63,947 nt of DNA, filler included, from Hyphochytrium catenoides (GCA_900088475.1; 8 parts of 8 records of this genome joined end to end with filler, not necessarily neighbours in it); one strand, 5' to 3'. Positions 9,700-21,899 are shown, counted from the whole stretch's first letter. The notes: a model not told the origin generated them from the letters alone. A program made the numbers and translations.

Positions 9700-12600
9700 G
9701 AAAGAGAAGCAATGCAGAGAACTAGAAAAGCTAGGAAGATAATAAAGGGGAGGCAAATATAGACACGCTTGAGCGGGAAGTATCAGGGGCTGCAAAAGGC
9801 ATAGAAAATTCTATTGCTCTCCGAGCACCTAAGCTATAAGGAAGAAGAATCCCTTTCGGTCACCAGGTCGCATCAGAAGAAAGAGGATAATCAAGCCGCT
9901 TGATCATGCACTGCCGTTGAGGTTATGAGTTCGAGTCACTAGGATCTAATCCACATGGTACTGAAGGTCATCACCTAATGCTTTGCCAAGCCGGGTAGTT
10001 AGGAGGTACTCCATGTCGCTCTACGAAGAGTCCGGAGAGGGGCGATAAGGCTCCACACTGACTGAGACCAGGGAAACAGGATGCACTTGGTACTCTCTGC
10101 TGAATAGCACTAGTAACATATGTGCATCATTTCCAACAAGAATCACCTTCACGACTGGAAGAGGTCCCAAACAGCTCAATAGACCTTTGCCCGGAGATCC
10201 CTCGATCGAAGTCCACTGTGCCCTTAAAATTCAGCCAAAGGAGGCCCTTACCAGTGCCAAGTAGCACACGACGAGAATAAATCGTTAGTGCCGACTGGTA
10301 AACTTGAGCGTGACGGAGCTAATGTTGCAACAGCGAGCGAATCTGGTACAGCTGCTGTACGTGCCGTGTTCGATATCTTAGGAGACTCTGAGGTCCGGCA
10401 ATAACATCGCTCTGATCTCAGGGCCATAGTTGGCCCTGAATGGTGTCATCATCTTGGTAGAGGCGGCCAGAGTGGGAGCTGCTTAACTGTCGCCATCGAA
10501 TTGATGAATGGCGGGTAAGATATAGGAAGAGTGCTTTTCTCCTCTTGAAGAGGAGCACAACAAGAGCATTTTGCGGCCATAAGGAAGACTGTTTCTCTTT
10601 CACTACCCAGGCCGCAGCAGCGTAACAGGCGAACCAAGCCAGCAGTTGACCAGTTTGTTCCCTAGCAGGCTCCAATCATTGCAAGTTCCTCCTTGCTTAC
10701 TTCCTCTTACTCGTGCGGTTGCCTTCTTCCCCTGTCAGAGCCGCTAGCGGGATTTTCCCTTCTTCGGCCCAAATTTTTAGGTCCTGCCGCTGCTGCTGCG
10801 GAATTGGCATGCAGAACTTCTTGTGGCCCTGCAACCTCTCATGAAGCACGTCTTCTAACTCCAGTCGTGGCTGGCAATATCCTCCTATCCTCCTTTCAAA
10901 CCCTGTTAGTTCCCTTCATTAATATAATATAAGTCTTGTTCTGCCCCGACCACTCCTCGGTTCATCCATGATCCTTACTTCTTCTTAACGCTCTTCCAGT
11001 CCTCTTTCCTGGAGGTAGCTTCCAGAACGCTTACCTACGTCATCCCCGTAGCTGCTCGCCCTCTTCTGCCCCTGCCTCAATCGCAGTGTCATGACGGTCC
11101 GAAAAGAAGAATTAGCTACACAGAGGTAACAAAAATGAAAGTCCAACGCTGCCATCCTACCTACCGTCTCCTTCACTCCACGTACCTAGCCATTGTCTCG
11201 CTCGATAAAGTTTTCTTTCTTCCTTACACTCTTTATCTCTCTCTCCATTTCTCTTCTTATATCCTCCCCTATCGCTTCTTTTGTCCTAATCTCTCCCTTT
11301 TCTTTTCCCTATTCTCCTCTCTCATCACTTGGGTCCTGCTTTGCCTTCTGTCTCCTCAGAGCTTCGTTCTACCTCCGTTCTTTCTTCTCTTTGTCTCTCC
11401 CCACTCCATACCTTCTTTGGCTGCACCGTGCTGCTCGCTCGCTTCTCTCCTGCCTCCTCTCTCCAAGCCTCCCTGTCCGTCTTCCGGTTACCTTTCCTTT
11501 TGCTCTCATCCGCTTCGTCTCGCCTCTCTTTACCTCTCTTTAGAGCTTGTTGAATTGTCTTCCCAAGTCTTCACCGGCATCATGGTATCATAGTTCAATC
11601 AGAGTAAACGCGGCTTCTTTCTTGGGTACCCTCTAGACGTACCGAGGATTCTAAGCTTTCCCGATACCACGCGATAATAGAACGAGCTGCAGGGAAGGAA
11701 AGAGAGTCGAGGAGGAGAAAACCATGACTGAGAGCCCAGCTGAAGTGAGCACTGTATGGGCCTTAAGTGCATATTTGGCTGTCTTCTGCCTGCTTTTTGT
11801 CATCTCTTCTTACCCATACGTTCGGCGTCATCCTAGATGCATAGTAACCTAGCGATGATACCGAGGATTTGCGACGCTCATGCCGGAGCCTTCACTGAGA
11901 ACGGGCGTTTACTTATCGTTCGGCTTTCTCGTTTGGCAGTGAAGCCTCAAAGACAGCATTGAGAGAATAATGGAAGCCGCCAATGTGATATCGAACTTCT
12001 ACCCAGGTTTTAGTAGTAGCGGGCTCCTCGTTCCTCAAACTTACTTTTTGTTTCTCCGTTCTCTCCTCTCTTTCTATCCCCAATCCTCTCCTTATACATC
12101 AAAGCCAACGCAGTATTGATCCACCCATTCACCTGACTTAGAGGCGACCAAGAAGACTAAATGAGCCTTAGCAAAATGGTCGGGAAAAGGTGCGACGACG
12201 AAGAAACGAAGGATGATGAAAGAGTAGTAGGTCCTTCCTCCGATCCCCGAGCGAGATATTGCCTCCGATCCCCGAGCAAGAAGTAGTTCAAGACAGAAAC
12301 GGCCGGTATCTTGACTGAATAAAGGCAGCTACTCCCGCTAGATTGAGCTCTAGCACATTTATGGACAAGCTGCCAGCCTGGCCAGCAGACTATTTGCATA
12401 CAACCAATGATTGATATACAGTCCAGATTCTCGAGTCATGTGCTATCAGCTTCCGGACCGGACTGTTTTCGGAGGATAGGTCGTCCTCCTGAGCGCCTGG
12501 TAAGGCAGATGTCTTGCCCCACCCAATCTATATGCCGTCTTGCGGTCTTCCTCCTCTTTTCCCGCCGCTTTTCCCCGCACTGATCTCAAAATGTCTTTAC

Positions 12601-13838
12601 CTCCCGTTAAGCTCCTCACGGCTTCACTCTTCTTTCTCTGGGTCTAGCTATCCCTAGTGTCAAGGTTGATTCCTTCGCCAATCGTTTCCTACTCTCCGAG
12701 GAACAATCTCACTACTTTTCGAGGCGGAGGAGCCAGAGCTGTTGGACGAGCAGATTATTTGTGAGCATTACAGATACAGATCAATAGACCCCACTAGGAC
12801 CATGCTGCTAGGAAGCATGAGCACGCAATTATTCAGAGGTGATCTGAAATGAAATACTATCAAAGTATAAGAGAGACCCTGACCAACAGAGAAAGGGATT
12901 AAGGGCAGGCAAAGATAGAAGTTCTGGACTGCTGTAGCGCCAGAATGCCAGCGATGAAAGGCACAATAATGTAAGGAGGCAATGCAACAGCCGCTGAACC
13001 CCCTACAGTGGACGGGGAGAGACACGTACGGCCGGCAGTAGTAGTCGGAGGTCTCTTTGTCATAGTAACTGGTATGAGAATAGTACTAGATGGTGGTAAG
13101 CGCAAAGTGTCTGGGAAAAGCATAAAACTGGCTGAGACAGAAACTAAGAAAGACCTGGTCGTTGGCGCTTATTTCATTTGTCTACCGGACTGAGGTACAT
13201 TGCTCACCTTTTCGGAGAGACAAAATAACGATGGCACATGTTTTGCTTCCCTCATCAGAGCAGGCGCTCCCAGCCAGGAACAACTCACATCAGCAGCATT
13301 GGCGTTGGACAATTGAAAGGAAGAATAAGAGTAATTAGGTAGTGAATCCAGTCCAGCAATTGTCCTAACCAAGCATCCAGGCGCGAACATGTTCCTAGCA
13401 ATCCAGGACAAAACCAGTAACCAAGCGTGAAATTAGCCAAGCACAGCAGACAACCTAAAAACAGCCAACCATAAATAGCAGTATATAAGCGCAAAGCATC
13501 CGACCCAGCTCTCAGCAAAAAAACCTAAGGCCCGGTACTTTAAAACGAAGCAGCTTCCTGCTCACGAAAGGAAAGAGAAGCAAAAGCAGGCAGAGGTAGA
13601 AGGCTTAGGAATGATGGCAGCAGCAGCAGGGTGGTGAAAGATGATACGACAGAAGAATCCAGCTACTATGATGAGAGGGGCTGAAGAACCTCGCCGCCAA
13701 TTGGATCTCTCTTTTGTATAGTGATAGGTATCCGTGAGTAATACTAGGCAGTGTAAGCTCATAATGTAAGGGAAGAGCAAAAGGCTGGTGAGAAGGAACA
13801 CTATGTTCCTTCTAAGCCCCTTCTTCTGTGTGATACAA

Positions 13839-14411
13839 TTATGGCCACAGGCCAGCCTCTAACGAAGAGAGAGGTCGCTTATGAAGTTTACCATTCGGCT
13901 TTTGTTCGTCTGTGGATCTCTTGCCCACGACCTCAGTGCTTTCCACCAGTTTCTCTTCTGTATCTCCGGTGACGGAGAACACGAGTAGGTTTGGAGGTCG
14001 ATGCTCGTACTGAGTTTTTGGAGGCCGCGATGGTGGTTGAGGCTCCGAAGGTGGCTGCTCCTGCTCACAATGAGGTTGTTCCTGAGTCCCTGGATGCTGC
14101 TGTTGTTCAGCTTGATGCCGAAGATGGAAGGTACAGCGCCCTAACTTCCTAGGATACCGTCCGCATCCTGGAACTCTGCAAGTCGGTGGCCTATAATCGA
14201 GATCAAGAAGTCTTGCGTGCTTTGCACACTTTTTCGTTCTAGATCGGGCGTTCTTGTTGCAATCTGGAACCTCACACTGTACGCATGCAATACCAGCTTG
14301 CCTGGCATGCCGCTGGCATTTGCTTTCTTTTGATCTTCTTGTTCTTGCGCAACCCTCCACATCACACAGCTTGCGGTGCCGCTTTTTCTTCCTCTCCTGC
14401 TGCTGGGTCAT
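13839..14411 (-). CDS. WRKY19-like C-x4-C-x10/11-C-x2-H zinc-finger repeat protein (3 fingers)
   Basis: CDVEGC...KCQRH, CEVPDC...KCAKH, CRVPGC...RCTFH; basic NLS-like RKKKRHRK; Q/P-rich tail; first ATG at 14411. Confidence 0.75.
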   Translation of the reverse strand: MTQQQERKKKRHRKLCDVEGCARTRRSKESKCQRHARQAGIACVQCEVPDCNKNARSRTKKCAKHARLLDLDYRPPTCRVPGCGRYPRKLGRCTFHLRHQAEQQQHPGTQEQPHCEQEQPPSEPQPPSRPPKTQYEHRPPNLLVFSVTGDTEEKLVESTEVVGKRSTDEQKPNGKLHKRPLSSLEAGLWP

Positions 14412-14563
14412 CCTAGGGTTACGCGTGCTGCCGCTGTTCAGCACTGGCTCCTCCTTCGTCGTCTTTCGGTGTCTTGCTCAGGCAGGGTTCAGAAGCAGTG
14501 CTCACACAGCATCTTGTCTCCTCCCGCGCCACCTCCTGCAACTTGGTTCTCCTGCAAGCAACT

Positions 14564-14893
14564 GCCTCAGCAGCGGAACATGATGGCCTCAGCAGCAGGG
14601 CCGTATTTTAGCCAGCAAAAGTGCAGGGGAGAATGAGCCTGAAAGACTTGGTCTATCTCCGTCTTGTTGTACTTAACTTATTAAATTTCAGGACTTGTCT
14701 ATCTTCCTTCTGAGAACTTACAGGTACTCAAGAGATGTCTCTGAACACAATACTTGTACAGTACTGGTAGTAACACGATAATTAGTGACTGCAAGACAAC
14801 AGGGTCTTACTGTACAAATGCCTCAGCAGCAGCAAAAACTTGATGTGCCTCAGCAGCAGGGGGGAAGCCGCAGCAGCAGAAGTTGCCTCAGCA
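14564..14893. promoter_or_regulatory. Cluster of five GCCTCAGCA(GC) motifs upstream of the zinc-finger gene
   Basis: Copies at 14564, 14586, 14820, 14847 and 14885, arranged as two similar paired blocks plus one; a regulatory role is inferred only. Confidence 0.35.
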
Positions 14894-15013
14894 TGAGCAG
14901 ATCTTGGGTACTTTACTGGGAGTACCTTGTATCTGTATTAAGCCAGTGAACTATTGGGGGGAATGAGGCTTATTAGCGACTTTCTGCAAGCCTCAAAATT
15001 CTGGACAAACGAG

Positions 15014-15082
15014 AATCGGACGGTCGAAACCCTAACCCTAACCCTCGTCCGATTTGAGACCGACCACTTCGTCCGATTTGAG
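15014..15082. repeat. Telomere-like (AACCCT)3 inside a 9-bp inverted repeat, plus a 14-bp direct repeat
   Basis: AATCGGACG (15014-15022) and CGTCCGATT (15046-15054) flank AACCCTAACCCTAACCCT; TCGTCCGATTTGAG occurs at 15045 and 15069. Confidence 0.85.
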
Positions 15083-15495
15083 TGCAAAAAGTGTTCTGCA
15101 ACCATCACTTCTCGGCAAATTTTCAATGGGTAGGGTAACTCCCGAAATTAGTTTTCGTGAAAAAGAGAAAGAGAAAAAGAAGAAGAAGAAGAGCAAGAGA
15201 AGAGAAAGAAGAAGAAAAGAAGAATGACAAAGAAGTGGTGGAACAAACCAGAGCAGACGACAAAGATTAGGATCAGAAGGAAGACAGAAGAGGGAAGAAA
15301 GAAGAGAGAGGAAAAGGAAGATGAAAGAAGAAGAAGAAAAGGTAAAAGAAGAAGACAAGAAGGAAAAAAAGAAGAAAGGTAAGAGGAAGAAGAGACGAAG
15401 AAGAAGTCACCTTGGACTATCTCTTTCTCTTCCATTTTCCTGAATGTCGGGCCCCATCCTTCTTTCCTTCTTGCGATGGTCGCCGTTTTATGCAT

Positions 15496-15513
15496 GGGTT
15501 AACCCTAACCCTA
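15496..15513. repeat. Short interstitial telomere-like tract beginning with a palindrome
   Basis: GGGTTAACCCTAACCCTA. Confidence 0.6.
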
Positions 15514-17264
15514 GTTGTTGCCACCGCCGCTCGCGGTTGCTTCTGCCTTATTCGGCCTCTTCCCTCCATCAGTCTCACTCTCTATCTTTTCTACTACTCT
15601 CTCTCTGGTGACACTCGGGGCTGTTCATCTTCACTCGTCTGCTGTAACCGTTTTCCACCTCCTCCCCCTTATTATCTTCCAAGTCCTCGCTCATTATTTC
15701 TCTGTCTTTCTTCTCCTTGTTAAACTCCTCTCTATCTTCTTAATATACCTTTCATCGCCAAGACTTCAGCTTCCTACTGCCTGTTCTCTCCCTCTGCTTT
15801 GTCCAGCAAGTGTCTGTTAACCGATTTTTTAGTAGCAGCTTTCCTTCCCCTTTTGGTTGGCCTGAGTGTCAACGTTTAACTGATTCCAGCGCTTCTCTAT
15901 CACCTCATTGCTTCTGTTTGTTCTATCGGCTTTCTCTTCCATAGCACTCTTTCTCTCTCATGTCTCGTGTATACGTTTCTATAGCTAATTAATATTCTTC
16001 AGTCCCCATTATTGCTAAACGTTGTTGTCTCTCTCTTTGTCTCTTCGTTCAATCCTCATTGTTGACAGTCATCAAGTTCGTCTGATCATTAGCGATATTT
16101 TGATGATGGTTTAGGTGAGGAGAGTTCTGTGCAACAGGGGTTACAGAGAAAAAAAAAAGATACCCAGGAATGGGATGAAAATGCTGCTAGTACGTGTAGG
16201 AGCACTTCGCAAGCAGAAGAGCAGAGGGGCATGGGAGGACGCTTGGAACACAAGGCCACAAGCTTCTTTTTGCTAGCGCCTTTGGCAGAAACCCACCTCA
16301 ACCCTATTCTCTCCTTTTTCTCTATGCTTGAGTCCAATCTCTTCAGGGGAACAAATAAATAGACGGAACGGAGCTATGCGACTTGGCATGAGGATAAGAA
16401 CACTACAAGTGAATGGACTAAACTGTAGACGAGGGAAACTCTAAAGACCAATAGGTGCTGCGAAATTTGTACCGGCAATGAAGCGAGCGCAGTAAGGAGC
16501 ACAGATGTGTATGTTGGTATTTCAACCAACAACCAGTATTTATCAACCGATAGATCTGAAATAGCTGCTCCTCCTCCCGTGCCACCAACTGGCCAGCGTT
16601 GTCTCTGACGCCTTCATGATTTAGGTAGACTACTAACCAATCCGTACAATAGAAAATGCTCCGTCAGTAGCGTCACGCCTGTATTTAAGACAGAGCCATC
16701 ACATCATGTGACCGACTTTCTAGCCTCAGAGGCTGCTGACGAGAAGTTAAGAGATATTGAGAGTAATCAGAGCAGATAGGTCTCATTAGGTAGTAAGGTG
16801 AGGGACGAAAGAAATGATTTGCTGTAAGCTGATACCAGGGAGGCGGAAAGAAGTCTGTGCTGTTGATGAAGTTGTCGGGCCAAAGGAATGGCAGATCGAG
16901 ATTCTAACAAGAGAGAAGGCAGAATCTCTTCCCTTCTAACAAAGACAAAGCCCGGGAGAGTGTTTAGCTTTCTCCTCAACAAGAGAAGATATCGTCTTCT
17001 CCTCTTTTTCTGGGGGCTGATGCACCTCTCTTCCGACAATCTCACCGAAGAGACATAGTACTGCCTCTCTCTCTTTGTAACTCCTCCATATCTCCATGTT
17101 CAATCCTTGGTCTGTTCCTTGGTGTCTTAGGGTTACTACCCTTCTCCTTCCCTAAACCCCTATATCAAGATGAGAGGCAATGCCGAAGCGACGTTTTCCC
17201 TTTGCTGCAGAAACCGAAAAGCGAAAGACCAACACAGGCAGAGAGAGAACTTGACGATGGATCC

Positions 17265-17540
17265 TCTGTCTCTCTCTCTTTCAATTTCTGGCTCTCTCTC
17301 TCTGTCTCTCTCTCTCCTTGTCTCTCTCTCTCTGTCTCTCTCTCTCTGTCTCTCTCTCCTTTGTCTCTTTCTCTCTCTCTTCCTCTCTCTCCTTGTCTCT
17401 CTCTCTCTGTCTCTCTCTCTCTCTGTCTCTCTCTCCTTTGTCTCTTTCTCTCTCTCTTCCTCTCTCTATGTGTCTCTCTCTCTCCTTGTCTCTCTCTCTC
17501 TCTTTCTCTCTCTTCCTCTCTCTCTCCATCTCTCTCTATC
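17265..17540. repeat. Compound (TC)n microsatellite/minisatellite
   Basis: Recurring TCTCTCTCTCCTTGTCTCTC and CCTTTGTCTCTTTCTCTC units. Confidence 0.9.
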
Positions 17541-18342
17541 TTTTTCCTCTACCTCGCTTGATACGCACCATAGTATTACATCTCATTTACTTCCTTTGCT
17601 AATCTCAAGACTATCTCTCTAGCTGAGAGACGTTCGTGGATAACTGGAGCTCCCTTGAGCGCAGAAAGGAAAAAGAGAGACCGGGAAAGAGAGAGGGAGA
17701 GACGCATAAAGAGAAACAGTAGATATATAATGAGAACAAGAGTCAATGGAAGTAGATAGAGGAGCTTGGACGATGAAAGAGAGAGACACAGAGAGAGGAG
17801 AAATGCCTTATCGGTGGAGAAGAAGACCTTGAACCCTTTGGCACCGAATAAGAAGGAAAGACACTAAGGGGCGAGAGATTATGTCACTTGACAGAGAGAG
17901 TCCGATGGAGCGGAGTCTTCTCTGTACGACCTAGGTAGCAGGAGGCAACTGGTACAGCGGACGTTTTCGACGACAACGTACTTGAAAGTTACGTCATGCA
18001 ACGACAAGAGCTTCTGCCTGAACTAGACCCAGCAGCGACGACCATTTGCTATGCTTGCCGCGGATCTTCGGCTGACGTCTGATTTCGTACATGCAGTCTC
18101 AGAAGCTTACTTTAATTAGGGTCAAATATTATCGGGACTAGGTTTGGTATGCCATCGGGACGTTTTTTTCTATGCAGCGCTCCAGATGCCGGGACAGGGA
18201 CTCGGGATGAGGTCACCGAGGTTAACAAGGCTGTTGAGTACTTTTCCCGAAAGTCTGAAGACACCATCGTAAAGAACTTTTACCTACGCACTCAGGTTCT
18301 TTCCCCTTCTTCCTCTCCGTATTCTCCTTCCTCCTCCACCAG

Positions 18343-19825
18343 AATGGAGTAAGGAGAGAGAGAGTCAACAGAGAATGAAAAGAAGAAGGAGATCTGGGTG
18401 CTCAGCTTACAACACTGAGATGGAGAAAGATCCAGAAACACAGTCAGATCAGGCGGTCGAGCTGAGTCAGACGCTAAAGCAGAAGAGAGAGAGAAAGGGA
18501 TGGCGAAGATTGTTCACTCATCAGGAGGAACCTTTAAGCCTCTGAAGGTAGACTTCTTCCTCGGTCCCGCTCTCTCTCTCTCGCTCTGACTTCCCCTTCT
18601 CTCTTCCTTTCTTTTTTACTGTCACTGTCTCTCTTTCTCTCACTCCACCCTCACCTCTCTCTCCTTTCTGTCTCCTCTCTTTCTCCAGACACTATCTCTT
18701 ATCGTTCTCTGTCTGTCCTCCTTGCAATGTCCCTTGTTCCCTCTCTCTTTCTTCGTCTCCCCTAAAAGCCCTAACTTGTATTCCCTTCCTGCCTATCCCT
18801 ATACCCGATCCCTCTTCCTCTCTTGTTGCTCTCCTCTCTTTTGCTCTCTCTTCCCCTCCTTCCTCCCTCCTTCTTCTCCTTCCCCCCTCTCACGTCATTC
18901 TTTCTTCTCTCTCTCTCTTTTTCTCACTCTCTTCTATCAATGCTCTCGTTTCTCTTGTTCTTTCTGTCGTCGTCTTCTTTCTCGCTCTCCCCTCATCGCT
19001 TTTCCCGTTTCTTTGTATCTGTAGCTGGACCCTTCTTTCCCCGAATTTTTTAGAAGACAGACCACGGCAGACCACGAGAATGGTGCGAGAGGATCGCAAA
19101 AAGCACTAAGACGCACCAAAAGCGTAGAAGACTGTCGCGTTCGTGAGAGGACAGAGCTGAGAGAAGAAGAAAGGCTTACAAGGAGAAGAAGAGCCAGCTC
19201 TTATTCTCGCTAAACAATTCTATGGACGCAGATGGGAAAGTGAGGTTGCCATCTCTTGGAAGCCCGACCAAGATAGTTACCGGTGAGTTCTCTCTCTCTC
19301 TCCTCTTCATCTCTCTGCATCTTTCTCTCTAACTTTTGTCGACCTCCCTTTCTCCCCTAACAGCTCCTTCCTCTCCCCTCTTCGAAGTGAAGTCTCTCCC
19401 CAACTCTCTCTCATTCTATTTCTGTCCTTCGCTCTGTCTCTGTCCCTCTGCCTCTCTTCGCCCCTTTCAACAAATGAAGCTGCTTGCCACTTGTGACGCT
19501 GTTCTCTTCTCTCTTTCTTCTGTGGCCCCTTCCCCTTCGTTCCAATATGATTGCTCTTTTTAATCCGAACCCAATGGTTCCTTCTTCGTTCTCCTCGCCA
19601 ACCTGCGTTGCTCTTCACTGCTGGTTTCTGGGTCTCTCTTTCACGTTCCGCTGGCCAGCTTAGCGCCTGTTCCCCAACTCGTTGCGAGAGCGAGCGTCCT
19701 GACTATGTTGCAAACGTAAGAGTTATGGTGCTGAACTTATTGCAGCATCATCTCTTGAAGACCTGTGGCTGCAAGCAGGTGGACACGACACTGGCCCTAT
19801 ATCTGCCTGAGGTAGTGGATGGGAG
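18343..19825 (+). pseudogene. Probable decayed spliced gene of unknown product
   Basis: Purine-rich exon-like blocks (~18343-18547, ~19025-19282, ~19659-19825) bounded by GT/AG and TC-rich intron-like DNA, but with stops and frame changes. Confidence 0.3.
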
Positions 19826-21201
19826 GTAGCTCTCTTGGAGTGCTTCTGTCTTTCCTACCTCCTGCTGCTCACCTCTTGTCTCTCTTTCTCTCTCTCTTAC
19901 TATGGAACCACTCTGAGGACAACGAGGAGATCGATACTAAGCTTAGGTAGGTTTGGTGGTGATGACGAGATATGGGAAGTTAGTGACGCTCCGAGTAGTT
20001 AGAGCTCTAGCTAAGAGCAATTTTGCCCACATCAAGTTCCAGAGAAAAGCGCTCAGCTAACGGTAAGATGCATTGCACAGAGTGAAGGACATGTGCGCGC
20101 AGCTGAGTAGCTCAGCAGCAACCAGCGAAGTTAGATATGTGCGAGATAGAAAGGAGAGGGTGAAGAGAACATAAAACCTAGAAGGAAGAATTAGCTCATC
20201 AATATGATCCTCTTTTAAGTCTTCTCTCTCTCCTCTCTCTCTCTCTTCTCCTCTCTCCCTTCTCTCTCCGTCGCTCTTTCCCCCTCTCATTTTTGTTCTC
20301 ACGGTCTCTGTATCTCGCTTTCTTTCTGGCTCTTCTTCCTTCCCATTTCGCCTCTCTCTAGTATTTCTCTTCCGGAGGCTTCGCTTTAGGATGGGTTTCA
20401 AGCAGCGTATCGTTAGCTTTCCTCCACTCTCTCACACCAGTATTAGGCAGACCTCTGATCACCCTGAATGGCCATTTTATTGTGAAAAGATGCAGGAGCC
20501 AAGACACGGAAGAAGAAGGTACGGCACTTTGTAGCTGGCAACAGTGAAACTTTGTCCTAAGTACCTACAGTCAGACAGAGGGACGGAGGAGAGAAAGAAC
20601 GAGAGGGAGCGGAAAAGAGAAAGAGAGGGAATAAAAAGATTGAAACGTGAGGGAAGCGTCGGGGAACAAGAAGGAGCAAGGCGAAGAAAGTCTATGCTAG
20701 CGATCGACTGAGGACAGACAGACTTCTGTAAGAAGACAGCCGACAGAGAAGTGAAACAAGAGAAGATTAGAAGGAAGGAAGAGATAGAGAAGTGAATGAA
20801 GAGAATGAGAGAAGAGAGGATGAGAAGAAGAGGGACCATACCTGCTTAGGGTTACCTCTCAGAGGATGCAGTAGCTTAACGTCTTTCCCTCCCTTTCAGA
20901 TCTTCTTCTAGCAGAACTATTCTCTACCTCTTGTGCCGTACTACCTGGTGCCTCACTATCGTTCTCCATTCGTCAAACATCATCACCCTGGTCTACCTTC
21001 TCTTCTGAGCTCTTCCATGTGGCAGGTTAAGACTTGCTGCAACATCCTCATGTACTAGTAGAGGGCGTACATAGCCGAGGAAGTGGAGATGCTAACTCAC
21101 CTTTCCAGTCTTTCTTCAATTTGCTTCACTCTTCTCCCACCGTACCGTCGCTTTTCCCCGTTGTCAACTATAAGGAAAATATAAGGAAAAAGAGATGATA
21201 A

Positions 21202-21230
21202 CCTAACCCTAACCCTAACCCTAACCCTAA
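21202..21230 (-). repeat. Interstitial telomeric repeat (TTAGGG)4+
   Basis: CCTAA(CCCTAA)4 on the plus strand. Confidence 0.95.
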
Positions 21231-21275
21231 GTGGTCTAGGAGAGATAATGAGAGGGACAGGGAGGAAAAACCATC

Positions 21276-21287
21276 GCTCTGATACCA
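21276..21287 (-). mobile_element. tRNA-iMet primer-binding site (TGGTATCAGAGC), likely LTR-retroelement relic
   Basis: Perfect 12-mer GCTCTGATACCA on the plus strand, the canonical iMet PBS of many Copia/Gypsy elements. No gag/pol or second LTR was recognised, and it could also act as a splice donor. Confidence 0.45.
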
Positions 21288-21520
21288 ACTTTCCCAGATC
21301 TCTCAGAACCCCTAAAGTCTGGTGAGGTGAGCGAGAGAAGAAATACAGACGCTCTTCCTTCTCCTTATTTTCTCCTCTCTCTCCTCCTTCTTTTCGTTGT
21401 TTTCTCTTTCCTTTCTCTCTCTCTCCTTCATCGTCTCTGTTCTCTCTAAGCTCGCTCATTCTCTTTCAGCGCTTCTGGACAGATGACTAATTTACTTAAT
21501 GATCAACAGGAGAAGAGAAG

Positions 21521-21735
21521 AAGGAAATAAGAACAGCTCTTCAACACCATCATCTTGATTGCTCTTTCCGGGGTTTGGACAAAGAGTGAAGCGAGCATCA
21601 ACGAGCAGTAAGACTAGGCTTTTGCCCTGGATCGATTAGCCGGCACGGAACTAAGGCTCTGTACTTGAACAAGGAAATAGAAAACGGTTCTTCAACACCA
21701 TCATCTTGATTGCCCTTTCCTGACTTTGGGCAAAG
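21521..21735. repeat. ~151-bp period direct repeat running into an assembly gap
   Basis: AAGGAAATA...TCTTCAACACCATCATCTTGATTGC(T/C)CTTTCC...TTTGG(A/G)CAAAG at ~21521 and ~21671. Confidence 0.85.
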
Positions 21736-21835
21736 NNNNNNNNNNNNNNNNNNNNNNNNNNNNNNNNNNNNNNNNNNNNTTAATTAATTAANNNNNNNNN
21801 NNNNNNNNNNNNNNNNNNNNNNNNNNNNNNNNNNN
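21736..21835. other. Artificial contig linker N44-TTAATTAATTAA-N44 (also 25216-25315, 44889-44988, 46047-46146, 48619-48718, 57761-57860, 62531-62630)
   Basis: Identical 100-bp structure seven times; TTAATTAATTAA places stop codons in all six frames. Confidence 0.97.
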
Positions 21836-21899
21836 GACAGTCTTTATATCAGGCCACACGCATGCCGAGCTGGTCGCCGCCAGGACCCAACCTTCCCTT

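Noticed and set aside
17170-17622. SLSL/ERER-rich ORFs here and throughout 30-64 kb
   Set aside because: Translations of (TC/GA)n microsatellites, which lack stop codons; mostly intronic.
21780-21791. Recurrent TTAATTAATTAA palindrome as a biological site
   Set aside because: Always centred in 44+44 Ns; an assembly spacer.
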